Shown here piece by piece: positions 21,721-34,800 of a stretch of 64,000 nucleotides of DNA. The DNA is from Eledone cirrhosa. Taxonomy: Eukaryota. The position numbers and the translations under genes were made by a program. The first letter of the stretch is position 1. Each line of letters opens with the position of its first letter. The stretch lies in assembly GCA_964016885.1 (NCBI GenBank), contig CAXHJY010000456.1, forward strand, positions 62,001 to 126,000, written 5' to 3'. The notes under the pieces are model-generated. The model was given only the letters and a program-made list of their open reading frames with translations. It searched no databases and was not told where the DNA came from.

Positions 21721-21924
21721 GGGCGGTGGATTGGCAGTATCAGTAAAGGGTCGGACGCCATGCTATGCAGCAGAGAGTTACGGTCCTTAATGATCTGAGT
21801 TCAAATCCCGCCAAGGTTAACTTTGCCTTTCATCCTTACGGGGTCGATAAATTATGGTACCAGTCACACCATGGGGTCGATTTAATCGACTGTCCCCTAG
21901 CCCAAAATTGCTGGCCTTGTGCCT
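21721..21924 (+). mobile_element. Full-length copy of the same SINE
   Basis: GGGCGGTGGATTGGCAGTATC head through TTGCTGGCCTTGTGCC. Confidence 0.85.
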
Positions 21925-21989
21925 ATTCAATAATAAGGTATCCCAGTCTAAATCTGGCCTTGCACAACGTTAAACCCCTAGTTATAGAT

Positions 21990-22135
21990 GGTACTCATTT
22001 TCAGCTGAATATACTGGAGCAATGTGAAATGAAGTGGTTTTCTCAAGGAAACAACACACAACCCAGTCCAGGAATCGAACCTATGACATTATGATCATAA
22101 GTCCAACACACTTACCACTAGGCCACATGCCTCCA
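21990..22135 (-). mobile_element. tRNA-headed CORE-like SINE
   Basis: Minus strand: TGGCCTAGTGG (A box), GGTTCGATTCC (B box), GTTGTTTCCTTGAG..TTGCTCCAG..CAGCTG; related copy at 63615-63763. Confidence 0.75.
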
Positions 22136-22429
22136 TACAATGCCTGACAAAACTGAAGGAAGCAAGAAGATAAAAAACAATACCAGAGCATTAGCTGAAG
22201 AACTTCAAGACTAAAGGATTTTTTAAAACTGCAATACTAGACCAAAATGTTCCCACAAGAAACGACCCCCCCCCCCCCCACACACACAAAAATGGAAGAA
22301 AAGAAAAGACTAATAGACAGCATAAATATGTGTTGGTGGTTTGGTATAAACAATTCAGTATATTGTCTCTTGTTGCTTAGTCTTAGCCAAAACAACTAGA
22401 TAATAGTAATGATAATAAATTAATGATGA

Positions 22430-22790
22430 TGGGACTGATGGTGGTGTGTTGGGCGGTGGTGGTGGTGAAGTGAATGTTGTGTTGTTGTTGTTGTTAGTTG
22501 ATGTTGTTATTTTATGTGTATGTTGATGTTGTTGATGGTAGTGATGGTGATGGTGGTGTGTAATGCTGTTGTTGTTGGTGGCAATAGTGTTGTTGTTGGT
22601 GGTGGTGGTGTTGGTGTTGGTGGTGTTGTTATTGGTGTTGTTGTTGTTGTTATTGTTGGTAGTGGTGTTGTTGTTGTTGGTGTTGGTGGTAGTGTTGTTG
22701 GTGGCGGTGGTAGTGTTGTTATTGGTGTTGTTGTTGTTGTTATTGGTGGTAGTGGTGTTGTTGGTGGTAGTAGTGTTGTTCTTGGTGTTG

Positions 22791-22822
<32 letters not shown>

Positions 22823-25800
22823 AGTGTTGTTGTTGGTGTTGTTGTTGTTGTTGTTGGTATTGGTGGTAGTGTTGTTGTTGGTGGTGGTGGTAGTGTTGTT
22901 GTTGGTGGTGGTAGTGTTGTTGTTGGTGGTGGTAGTGTTGTTGTTGGTGGTGGTGGTGTTGTTGTTGGTGGTGGTGTTGTTGTTGGTGTTGGTGGTAGTG
23001 TTGTTGGTGTTGTTGTTGTTGTTGGTGGTGGTAGTGTTGTTGTTGGTGGTGGTGGTAGTGGTGTTGGTGTTGTTGTTGTTGTTGGTGGTGGTGGTGTTGT
23101 TGTTGGTGGTAGTGTTGTTGTTGCTGGTGGTGGTAGTGTTGTTGTTTGTGGTGGTGGTAGTGTTGTTGTTGGTGGTGGTGGTAGTGTTGTTTTTGTTGTT
23201 GGTGGTGGTGGTAGTGTTGTTGTTGGTGGTGGTGGTAGTGGTGTTGGTGTTGTTGTTGTTGTTGGTGGTGGTAGTGTTGTTGTTGGTGGTGGTAGTGTTG
23301 TTGTTGGTGGTGGTGGTGTTGTTGTTGGTGGTAGTGTTGTTGTTGGTGGTGGTGGTAGTGTTGTTGTTGGTGGTGGTGGTAGTGTTGTTGTTGGTGGTGG
23401 TGGTAGTGTTGTTTTTGTTGTTGGTGGTGGTGGTAGTGTTGTTGTTGGTGGTGGTGGTAGTGGTGTTGGTGTTGTTGTTGTTGTTGGTGGTGGTAGTGTT
23501 GTTGTTGGTGGTGGTGGTAGTGTTGTTGTTGGTGGTGGTAGTGTCGTTGTTGGTGGTGGTAGTGGTGTTGCTGTTGGTGGTGGTGGTAGTGTTGTTGTTG
23601 GTGGTGGTAATGTTGTTGTTGGTGGTGGTGGTAGTGTTGTTGGTGGTGGTGGTGGTAGTGTTGTTGTTGGTGGTGGTAGTGGGGTTGCTGTTGGTGGTGG
23701 TGGTAGTGTTGTTGGTAGTGGTGGTAGTGTTGTTGTTGGTGGTGGTGGTAGTGTTTTTGTTGGTGGTGGTAGTGTTGTTGTTGTTGGTGGTGGTAGTGGT
23801 GTTGTTGTTGGTGGTGGTAGTGGTGTTGTTGTTGGTGGTGGTGGTAGTGTTGTTGTTGGTGGTGGTGGTAGTGTTGTTGTTGGTGGTGGTAGTGTTGTTG
23901 TTGTTGTTGGTGGTAGTGTTGTTGTTGGTGGTAGTGGTAGTGTTGTTGGTGGTGGTGGTAGTGTTGTTGTTGGTGGTGGTAGTGGTGTTGGTGTTGTTGT
24001 TGTTGGTGGTGGTAGTGGTGTTGTTGGTGGTGGTGGTACTGTTGTTGTTGGTGGTGGTAGTGTTGTTGTTGGTGGTGGTAGTAGTGTTGTTGTTGGTGGT
24101 GGTGGTAGTGGTGTTGGTGTTGTTGTTGTTGGTGGTGGTGGTAGTGTTGTTGTTGGTGGTGGTGGTAGTGGTGTTGGTGTTGTTGTTGGTGGTGGTAGTG
24201 TTGTTGTTGGTGGTGGTGGTAGAGTTGTTGTTGGTGGTGGTAGTGGTGTTGGTGTTGTTGTTGGTGGTGGTAGTGTTGTTGTTGGTGGTGGTGGTAGTGT
24301 TGTTGTTGGTGGTGGTAGTGTTGTTGTAGGTGGTGGTAGTGTTGTTGTTGGTGGTGGTGGTAGTGGTTTTGGTGTTGTTGTTGTTGTTGGTGGTGGTAGT
24401 GTTGTTGTTGTTGGTGGTGGTAGTGATGTTCTTGGTGGTGGTGGTAGTGTTGTTGGTGGTGGTGGTAGTGTTGTTGGTGTTGGTGGTAGTGTTGTTGTTG
24501 GTGGTGGTGTTGTTGTTGTTGGTGGTGGTGGTAGTGTTGTTGTTGTTGGTGGTGGTAGTGGTGTTGTTGTTGGTGGTGGTAGTGTTGTTAATGGTGGTGG
24601 TAGTGTTGTTGGTGTTGGTGGTAGTGTTGTTGTTGGTGGTGGTAGTGTTGTTGTTGGTGGTGGTGGTAGTGTTGTTAATGGTGGTGGTAGTGTTGTTGGT
24701 GTTGGTGGTAGTGTTGTTGTTGGTGGTGGTAGTGTTGTTGTTGGTGGTGGTGGTAGTGTTGTTAATGGTGGTGGTAGTGTTGTTGGTGTTGGTGGTAGTG
24801 TTGTTGTTGGTGGTGGTGTTGTTGTTGTTGTTGGTGGTGGTAGTGTTGTTGTTGGTGGTGGTGGTAGTGTTGTTGTTGGTGGTGGTGGTAGTGCTGTTAA
24901 TGGTGGTGGTAGTGTTGTTGGTGTTGGTGGTTGTGTTATTGTTGGTGGTGGTAGTGTTGTTGTTGGTGGTGGTGGTAGTGTTGTTGTTGGTGTTGGTGGT
25001 TGTGTTGTTGTTGGTGGTGGTAGTGTTGTTGTTAATGGTGGTGGTAGTGTTGTTGGTGTTGGTGGTAGTGTTGTTGTTGGTGGTGGTGTTGTTGTTGTTG
25101 TTGGTGGTGGTAGTTTTGTTGTTGGTGGTGGTGGTAGTGTTGTTAATGGTGGTGGTAGTGTTGTTGGTGTTGGTGGTAGTGTTGTTGTTGGTGGTGGTAG
25201 TGTTGTTGTTGGTGGTGGTAGTAGTGTTGTTGTTGGTGGTGGTAGTGTTGTTAATGGTGGTGGTAGTGTTGTTGGTGTTGGTGGTAGTGTTGTTGTTGGT
25301 GGTGTTGTTGTTGTTGTTGTTGGTGGTGGTAGTGTTGTTGTTGGTGGTGGTGGTAGTGTTGTTGGTGGTGGTAGTGTTGTTAATGGTGGTGGTAGTGTTG
25401 TTGGTGTTGGTGGTAGTGTTGTTGTTGGTGGTGGTAGTGTTGTTGTTGGTGATGGTGGTAGTGTTGTTGTTGTTGTTGGTGGTGGTAGTGTTGTTGTTGG
25501 TGGTGGTGGTAGTGTTGTTGTTGGTGGTGGTAGTGTTGTTGTTGGTGGTGGTGGTAGTGTTGTTAATGGTGGTGGTAGTGTTGTTGGTGTTGGTGGTAGT
25601 ATTGTTGTTGGTGGTGGTAATGTTGTTGTTGGTGGTGGTGGTAGTGTTGTTGTTGGTGGTGGTGGTAGTGTTGTTGTTGTTGTTGGTGGTAGTGTTGTTA
25701 TTGGTGGTGGTAGTGTTGTTGTTGGTGGTGGTGGTAGTGTTGTTGTTGTTGGTGGTGGTAGTGTTGTTGTTGGTGGTGGTAGTGTTGTTGGTGGTGATGG

Positions 25801-28800
25801 AAGTGTTGTTGTTGTTGGTGGTGGTAGTGTTGTTGTTGGTGGTGGTAGTGGTGTTGGTTTTGTTGTTGCTGGTGGTAGTGTTGTTGTTCGTGGTGGCGGT
25901 AGTGTTGTTGTTGGTGGTGGTAGTGTTGTTGGTTTTGTTGTTGCTGGTGGTAGTGTTGTTGTTCGTGGTGGCGGTAGTGTTGTTGTTGGTGGTGGTAGTG
26001 TTGTTGTTGGTGGTGGTGGTAGTGTTGTTGTTGGTGGTGGTAGTGGTGTTGGTTTTGTTGTTGCTGGTGGTAGTGTTGTTGTTCGTGGTGGCGGTAGTGT
26101 TGTTGTTGGTGGTGGTAGTGTTGTTGTTGTTGGTGGTGGTAGTGTTGTTGTTGGTGGTGGTAGTGGTGTTGGTTTTGTTGTTGCTGGTGGTAGTGTTGTT
26201 GTTCGTGGTGGCGGTAGTGTTGTTGTTGGTGGTGGTAGTGTTGTTGTTGGTGGTGGTGGTAGTGTTGTTGTTGGTGGTGGTAGTAGTGTTGTTGTTGGTG
26301 GTGGTGGTAGAGTTGTTGGTGGTGGTGGTAGTGGTGTTGTTGTTGGTGGTGGTAGTGCTGTTGTTGGTGGTGGTAGTGTTGTTGGTGGTGGTGGAAGTGT
26401 TGTTGTTGTTGGTGGTGGTAGTGTTGTTGTTGGTGGTGGTAGTAGTGTTGTTGTTGGTGGTGGTGGTAGAGGTGTTGGTGGTGGTGGTAGTAGTGTTGTT
26501 GTTGGTGGTGGTGGTAGAGTTGTTGGTGGTGGTGGTAGTGGTGTTGGTGTTGTTGTTGGTGGTGGTAGTGTTGTTGTTGGTGGTGGTAGTAGTGTTGTTG
26601 TTGGTGGTGGTAGTGTTGTTGTTGGTGGTGGTAGTAGTGTTGTTGTTGGTGGTGATAGTGGTGTTGTTGTTGGTGGTGGTAGTGGTGTTGTTGTTGGTGG
26701 TGGTGGTAGAGTTGTTGGTGGTGGTGGTAGTGGTGTTGGTGGTGGTGGTAGTGGTGTTGGTGTCGTTGTTGGTGGTGGTAGTGTTGTTGTTGGTGGTGGT
26801 AGTAGTGTTGTTGTTGGTGGTGGTAGTGTTGTTGTTGGTGGTGGTAGTAGTGTTGTTGTTGGTGGTGGTAGTGTTGTTGTTGGTGGTGGTAGTAGTGGTG
26901 TTGGTGTTGTTGTTGGTGGTGGTAGTGTTGTTGTTGGTGGTGGTAGTAGTGTTGTTGTTGGTGGTGGTAGTGTTGTTGTTGGTGGTGGTAGTAGTGTTGT
27001 TGTTGGTGGTGGTAGTAGTGTTGTTGTTGGTGGTGGTGGTAGTGGTGTTGGTGTTGTTGTTGGTGGTGGTAGTGTTGTTGTTGGTGGTGGTAGTAGTGTT
27101 GTTGGTGGTGGTAGTAGTGTTGTTGTTGGTGGTGGTAGTGTTGTTGTTGGTGGTGGTAGTAGTGTTGTTGGTGGTGGTAGTAGTGTTGTTGTTGGTGGTG
27201 GTAGTAGTGTTGTTGTTGGTGGTGGTAGTGTTGTTGTTGGTGGTGGTGGTAGTGGTGTTGGTGTTGTTGTTGGTGGTGGTAGTGTTGTTGTTGGTGGTGG
27301 TAGTAGTGTTGTTGGTGGTGGTAGTAGTGTTGTTGTTGGTGGTGGTAGTAGTGTTGTTGTTGGTGGTGGTAGTGTTGTTGTTGGTGGTGGTAGTAGTGTT
27401 GTTGGTGGTGGTAGTAGTGTTGTTGTTGGTGGTGGTGGTAGTGGTGTTGGTGTTGTTGTTGGTGGTGGTAGTGTTGTTGTTGGTGGTGGTAGTAGTGTTG
27501 TTGGTGGTGGTAGTAGTGTTGTTGTTGGTGGTGGTAGTGGTGTTGGTGTTGTTGTTGCTGGTGGTAGTGTTGTTGTTGGTGGTGGTAGTGTTGTTGTTGG
27601 TGGTGGTAGTAGTGTTGTTGTTGGTGGTGGTGGTAGAGTTGTTGGTGGTGGTGGTAGTGGTGTTGTTGTTGGTGGTGGTAGTGTTGTTGTTGGTGGTGGT
27701 AGTGTTGTTGGTGGTGGTGGTAGTGTTGTTGTTGGTGGTGGTAGTAGTGTTGTTGTTGGTGGTGGTAGTGTTGTTGTTGGTGGTGGTAGTAGTGTTGTTG
27801 TTGGTGGTGGTAGTAGTGTTGTTGTTGGTGGTGGTGGTGGTAGTGGTGTTGGTGTTGTTGTTGGTGGTGGTAGTGTTGTTGTTGGTGGTGGTAGTAGTGT
27901 TGTTGTTGGTGGTGGTGGTAGTGGTGTTGGTGTTGTTGTTGGTGGTGGTAGTGTTGTTGTTGGTGGTGGTAGTAGTGTTGTTGGTGTTGGTGGTAGTGTT
28001 GTTAATGGTGGTGGTAGTGTTGTTGGTGTTGGTGGTAGTGTTGTTGTTGGTGGTGGTGTTGTTGTTGGTGGTGGTAGTGTTGTTGTTGGTGGTGGTGGTA
28101 GTGTTGTTAATGGTGGTGGTAGTGTTGTTGGTGTTGGTGGTAGTGTTGTTGTTGGTGGTGGTGTTGTTGTTGTTGTTGGTGGTGGTAGTGTTGTTGTTGG
28201 TGGTGGTGGTAGTGTTGTTGTTGGTGGTGGTGGTAGTGTTGTTAATGGTGGTGGTAGTGTTGTTGGTGTTGGTGGTAGTGTTGTTGTTGGTGGTGGTAGT
28301 GTTGTTGTTGGTGATGGTGGTAGTGTTGTTGTTGTTGTTGGTGGTGGTAGTGTTGTTGTTGGTGGTGGTGGTAGTGTTGTTGTTGGTGGGGGTAGTGTTG
28401 TTGTTGGTGGTGGTGGTAGTGTTGTTAATGGTGGTGGTAGTGTTGTTGGTGTTGGTGGTAGTATTGTTGTTGGTGGTGGTAATGTTGTTGTTGGTGGTGG
28501 TGGTAGTGTTGTTGTTGGTGGTGGTGGTAGTGTTGTTGTTGTTGTTGGTGGTAGTGTTGTTATTGGTGGTGGTAGTGTTGTTGTTGGTGGTGGTAGTGTT
28601 GTTGTTGGTGGTGGTGGTAGTGTTGTTGTTGGTGGTGGTAGTGTTGTTGTTGTTGGTGGTGGTAGTGTTGTTGTTGGTGGTGGTAGTGTTGTTGGTGGTG
28701 GTGGAAGTGTTGTTGTTGTTGGTGGTGGTAGTGTTGTTGTTGGTGGTGGTAGTAGTGTTGTTGTTGGTGGTGGTGGTAGAGTTGTTGGTGGTGGTGGTAG

Positions 28801-31800
28801 TAGTGTTGTTGTTGGTGGTGGTGGTAGAGTTGTTGGTGGTGGTGGTAGTGGTGTTGGTGTTGTTGTTGGTGGTGGTAGTGTTGTTGTTGGTGGTGGTAGT
28901 AGTGTTGTTGTTGGTGGTGGTAGTGTTGTTGTTGGTGGTGGTAGTAGTGTTGTTGTTGGTGGTGATAGTGGTGTTGTTGTTGGTGGTGGTGGTAGAGTTG
29001 TTGGTGGTGGTGGTAGTGGTGTTGGTGGTGGTGGTAGTGGTGTTGGTGTCGTTGTTGGTGGTGGTAGTGTTGTTGTTGGTGGTGGTAGTTGTGTTGTTGT
29101 TGGTGGTGGTAGTGTTGTTGTTGGTGGTGGTAGTAGTGTTGTTGTTGGTGGTGGTAGTAGTGTTGTTGTTGGTGGTGGTGGTAGTGGTGTTGGTGTTGTT
29201 GTTGGTGGTGGTAGTGTTGTTGTTGGTGGTGGTAGTAGTGTTGTTGGTGGTGGTGGTAGTGTTGTTGTTGGTGGTGGTAGTAGTGTTGTTGTTGGTGGTG
29301 GTAGTGGTGTTGGTGTTGTTGTTGCTGGTGGTAGTGTTGTTGTTGGTGGTGGTGGTAGTGTTGTTGTTGGTGGTGGTAGTAGTGTTGTTGTTGGTGGTGG
29401 TAGTGTTGTTGTTGGTTGTGGTGGTAGAGTTGTTGGTGGTGGTGGTAGTGGTGTTGTTGTTGGTGGTGGTAGTGTTGTTGTTGGTGGTGGTAGTGTTGTT
29501 GGTGGTGGTGGAAGTGTTGTTGTTGTTGGTGGTGGTAGTGTTGTTGTTGGTGGTGGTAGTGGTGTTGGTGTTGTTGTTGCTGGTGGTAGTGTTGTTGTTG
29601 GTGTTGGTGGTAGTATTGTTGTTGGTGGTGGTGGTAGTGTTGTTTTTGTTGTTGGTGGTAGTAGTGTTGTTGTTGGTGGTGGTGGTAGTGGTGTTGGTGT
29701 TGTTGTTGTTGGTGGTGGTGGTAGTGTTGTTGTTGGTGGTGGTGGTAGTGTTGTTGTTGGTGGTGGTAGTGTTGTTGTTGGTGGTGGTGGTAGTGTTGTT
29801 GTTGGTGGTGGTGGTAGTGTTGTTGTTGTTGGTGGTGGTGTTGTTGTTGGTGGTGGTAGTGGTGTTGCTGTTGGTGGTGGTGGTAGTGTTGTTGTTGGTG
29901 GTGGTGGTAGTATTGTTGTTGGTGGTGGTGGTAGTGTTGTTGTTGGTGGTGGTAGTGTCGTTGTTGGTGGTGGTAGTGGTGTTGTTGTTGGTGGTGGTAG
30001 TGGTGTTGCTGTTGGTTGTGGTGGTAGTGTTGTTGTTGGTGGTGGTAGTGTTGTTGTTGGTGGTGGTGGTAGTGTTGTTGTTGGTGGTGGTAGTGGTGTT
30101 GTTGTTGGTGGTGGTAGTGGTGTTGCTGTTGGTGGTGGTGGTAGTGTTGTTGGTAGTGGTGGTAGTGTTGTTGTTGGGGTGGTGGTAGTGTTGTTGTTGG
30201 TGGTGGTGGTAGTGTTGTTGTTGGTGGTGGTGGTAGTGTTGTTGTTGGTGGTGGTAGTGTTGTTGTTGGTGGTGGTAGAGGTGTTGTTGGTGGTGGTAGT
30301 GTTGTTGCTGGTGGTGGTAGTGTTGTTGTTGGTGGTGGTGGTAGTGTTGTTGTTGGTGGTGGTAGTGGTGTTGTTGTTGGTGGTGGTAGTGGTGTTGTTG
30401 GTGGTGGTGGTAGTGTTGTTGTTGGTGGTGGTGGTAGTGTTGCTGTTGGTGGTGGTAGTGTTGTTGTCGTTGTTGGTGGTAGTGTTGTTGTTGGTGGTAG
30501 TGGTAGTGTTGTTGGTGGTGGTGGTAGTGTTGTTGTTGGTGGTGGTAGTGGTTTTGTTGTTGGTGGTGGTAGTGGTGTTGTTGTTGGTGGTGGTGGTAGT
30601 GTTGTTGTTGGTGGTGGTGGTAGTGTCATTGTTGGTGGTGGTAGTGTCGTTGTTGGTGGTGGTAGTGTTGTTGTTGGTGGTGGTAGTGGTGTTGTTGGTG
30701 GTGGTAGTGTTGTTGTTGGTGGTGGTAGTGGTAGTGTTGTTGTTGGTGGTGGTAGTGGTGTTGTTGTTGGTGGTGGTAGTGGTGTTGTTGTTGGTGGTGG
30801 TGGTAGTGTTGTTGTTGGTGGTGGTAGTGTCGTTGTTGGTGGTGGTAGTAGTGTTGTTGTTGGTGGTGGTAGTGTTGTTGTTGGTGGTGGTAGTGTTGTT
30901 GTTGTTGGTGGTGGTAGTGTTGTTGTTGGTGTTGGTGGTAGTATTGTTGTTGGTGGTGGTGGTAGTGTTGTTGTTGGTGGTGGTAGTGTTGTTGTTGGTG
31001 GTGGTGGTAGTGTTGTTGTTGGTGGTGGTGGTGTTGTTGTTGGTGGTGGTGGTAGTGTTGTTGTTAGTGGTGGTGGTATTGTTGTTGTGGGTGGTGGTAG
31101 TGTTGTTGTTGTTGGTGGTAGTGTTGTTGTTGGTGGTGGTGGTAGTGTTGTTCTTGGTGGTTGTAGTGTTGTTGTTGGTGGTGGTAGTGTTGTGTTGTTG
31201 TTGGTGGTGGTGGTAGTGTTGTTGTTGTTGGTGGTGGTAGTGTTGTTGTTGTTGGTGGTGGTAGTGTTGTTGTTGTTGGTGGTGGTAGTGTTGTTGTTGG
31301 TGGTGGTAGTAGTGTTGTTGTTGGTGGTGGTAGTGGTGTTGGTGATGTTGTTGTTGGTGGTGGTAGTGGTGTTGGTGTTGTTGTTGTTGGTGGTGGGAGT
31401 GGTGTTGTTGGTGGTGGTGGTAGTGTTGTTGTTGGTGGTGGTAGTAGTGTTTTTGTTGATGATGGTGGTAGTGTTGTTGTTGGTGGTGGTGGTAGTGTTG
31501 TTGTTGGTGGTGGTGGTAGTGTTGTTGTTGGTGGTGGTATTGTTGTTGTTGGTGGTGGTAGTGTTGTTGTTGGTGGTGGTGGTAGTGGTGTTGTTGGTGG
31601 TGGTGGTAGTGTTGTTGTTGGTGGTGGTAGTGTTGTTGTTGGTGGTGGTAGTGTTGTTGTTGGTGGTGGTGGTAGTGTTGTTGTTGGTGGTGGTAGTGTT
31701 GTTGGTGGTGGTGGTAGTGTTGTTGTTGTTGGTGGTGGTAGTGTTGTTGTTGGCGGTGGTCGTAGTGTTGTTGTTGGTGGTGGTAGTGTTGTTGTTGGTG

Positions 31801-34800
31801 GTGGTAGTGTTGTTGTTTGTGGTGGTGGTAGTGTTGTTGTTGGTGGTGGTAGTGTTGTTGTTGTTGGTGGTAGTGTTGTTGTTGGTGGTGGTGGTAGTGT
31901 TGTTGTTGTTGGTGGTGGTGGTAGTGTTGTTGTTGGTGGTGGTAGTGTTGTTGTTGTTTTTGGTGGTAGTAGTGTTGTTGTTGGTGGTGGTGGTAGTGTT
32001 GTTGTTGGTGGTGGTAGTGTTGTTGTTGGTGGTGGTGGTGTTGTTGTTGGTGGTGGTGGTAGTGTTGTTGGTGGTGGTGGTAGTGTTGTTGCTGGTGGTA
32101 GTGGTAGTGTTGTTGTTGGCGGTGGTAGCATTGTTGTTGGTGGTGGTGGTGTTGTTGTTGGTGGTGGTGGTAGTGTTGTTGTTGGTGGTGGTGGTAGTGT
32201 TGTTGGTGGTGGTGGTAGTGTTGTTGCTGGTGGTGTTAGTGGCGTTGTTGGTGGTGGTAGTGTTGTTGTTGGTGGTGGTGGTAGTGTCATTGTTGGTGGT
32301 GGTAGTGTCGTTGGTGGTGGTGGTAGTGTTGTTGTTGGTGGTGGTAGTGTTGTTGTTGGTGGTGTTGGTAGTGTTGTTTGTGGTGGTAGTGTTGTTGGTG
32401 GTGGTGGTAGTGTCGTTGGTGGTGGTAGTAGTGTTGTTGTTGGTGGTGGTAGCATTGTTGTTGGTGGTAGGGGTGTTGTTGTTGGTGGTGGTGGTAGTGT
32501 TGTTGTTGGTGGTGGTAGTGTTGTTGTTGGTGGTGGTGGTAGTGTTGTTGGTGGTGGTGTTAGTGGCGTTGTTGGTGGTGGTAGTGTTGTTGTTGGTGGT
32601 GGTGGTAGTGTCATTGTTGGTGGTGGTAGTGTCGTTGGTGGTGGTGGTAGTGTTGTTGTTGGTGGTGGTAGTGTTGTTGTTGGTGGTGTTGGTAGTGTTG
32701 TTTGTGGTGGTAGTGTTGTTGGTGGTGGTGGTAGTGTCGTTGGTGGTGGTAGTAGTGTTGTTGTTGGTGGTGATAGTGTTGTTGTTGTTGTTGGTGGTGG
32801 TAGTGTTGTTGTTGGTGGTGGTGTTAGTGGTGTTGTTGGTGGTGGTAGTGTTGTTGTTGGTGGTGGTGGTAGTGTTGTTGGTGGTGGTGGTAGTGTTGTT
32901 GTTGGTGGTGGTGGTAGTGTTGTTGTTGGTTGTGGTAGTGTTGTTGTTGGTGGTGGTTGTGTTGTTGGTGGTAGTGTTGTTGTTGGTGTTGGTGGTAGTG
33001 TTGTTGTTGGTGGTGGTAGTGTTGTTGTTGGTGGTGGTGTTAGTGGTGTTGTTGGTGGGGGTAGTGTCGTTGTTGGTGGTGGTGGTAGTGTTGTTGTTGT
33101 TGGTGGTGGTAGTGTTGTTGTTGGTGGTGGTAGTGTTGTTGTTGTTGGTGGGGGTAGTGTTGTTGTTGTTGGTGGTGGTAGTGTTGTTGTTGGTGGTGGT
33201 AGTGTTGTTGTTGGTATTGGTGGTAGTAGTGTTGTTGTTGGTGGTGGTAGTGTTGTTGTTGTTGGTGGGGGTAGTGTTGTTGTTGTTGGCGGGGGTAGTG
33301 TTGTTGTTGTTGGTGGGGGTAGTGTTGTTGTTGTTGGTGGGGGTAGTGTTGTTGTTGTTGGTGGTGGTAGTGTTGTTGTTGGTGGTGGTAGTGTTGTTGT
33401 TGGTGGTGGTGGAAGTGTTGTTTTTGTTGGTGGTGGTAGTGTTGTTGTTGTTGGTGGGGGTAGTGTTGTTGTTGTTGGTGGTGGTAGTGTTGTTGGTGGT
33501 GGTAGTGTTGTTGTTGATGGTGGTAGTAGTGTTGTTGTTGGTGGTGGTGGTAGTGTTGTTGTTGGTGGTGGTAGTGTTGTTGTTGGTGGTGGTGGAAGTG
33601 TTGTTGTTGTTGGTGGTGGTAGTGTTGTTGTTGTTGGTGGGGGTAGTGTTGTTGTTGTTGGTGGTGGTAGTGTTGTTGGTGGTGGTAGTGTTGTTGTTGA
33701 TGGTGGTAGTAGTGTTGTTGTTGGTGGTGGTGGTAGTGTTGTTGTTGTTGGTGGTGGTAGTGTTGTTGTTGTTGGTGGTGGTGGTAGTGTTGTTGTTGGT
33801 GGTGGTAGTGTTGTTGTTGGTGGTGGTAGTGTTGTTGTTGGTGGTGGTGGTAGTGTTGTTGTTGGTGGTGGTAGTGTTGTTGTTGGTGGTGGTAGTGTTG
33901 TTGTTGGTGGTGGTGGTAGTGTTGTTGTTGTTGGTGGTCGTAGTGTTGTTGTTGTTGGTGGGGGTAGTGTGGTTGTTGTTGGTGGGGGTAGTGTTGTTGT
34001 TGGTGGTGGTGGTAGTGTTGTTGTTGGTGGTGGTGGTAGTGTTGTTGTTGGTGGTGGTAGTGTTGTTGTTGGTGGTGGTGGTAGTGTTGTTGTTGTTGGT
34101 GGTGGTAGTGTTGTTGTTGTTGGTGGTGGTGGTAGTGTTGTTGTTGGTGGTGGTAGTGTTGTTGTTGGTGGTGGTAGTGTTATTGTTGGTGGTGGTAGTG
34201 TTGTTGTTGGTGGTGGTAGTGTTATTGTTGGTGGTGGTGGTAGTGTTGTTGTTGGTGGTGGTGGTAGTGTTGTTGTTGGTGGTGGTGTTGTTGTTGTTGG
34301 TGGTGGTGGTGGTGGTAGTGTTGTTGTTGGTGGTGGCAGTTTTGTTGGTGGCGGTGGTAGTGTTGTTGTTGTTGGTGGGGGTAGTGTTGTTGTTGGTGGT
34401 GGTAGTGTTGTTGTTGGTGGTGGTAGTGTTATTGATGGTGGTGGTGGTAGTGTTGTCGTTGGTGGTGGTGGTAGTGTTGTTGTTGGTGGTGGTGGTAGTG
34501 TTGTTCTTGTTGTTGGTGGTGGTGGTGGTAGTGTTGTTGTTGTTGGTGGTGGTAGTGTTGTTGTTGGTGGTGGTAGTGTTGTTGTTGGTGGTGGTGGAAG
34601 TGTTGTTGTTGTTGGTGGTGGTAGTGTTGTTGTTGTTGGTGGGGGTAGTGTTGTTGTTGGTGGTGGTGGTAGTGTTGTTGTTGGTGGTGGTGGTAGTGTT
34701 GTTGTTGGTGGTGGTGGTAGTGTTGTTGTTGGTGGTGGTGGTAGTGTTGTTGTTGGTGGTCGTAGTGGTGTTGTTGGTGGTGGTAGTGTTGTTGTTGTTG

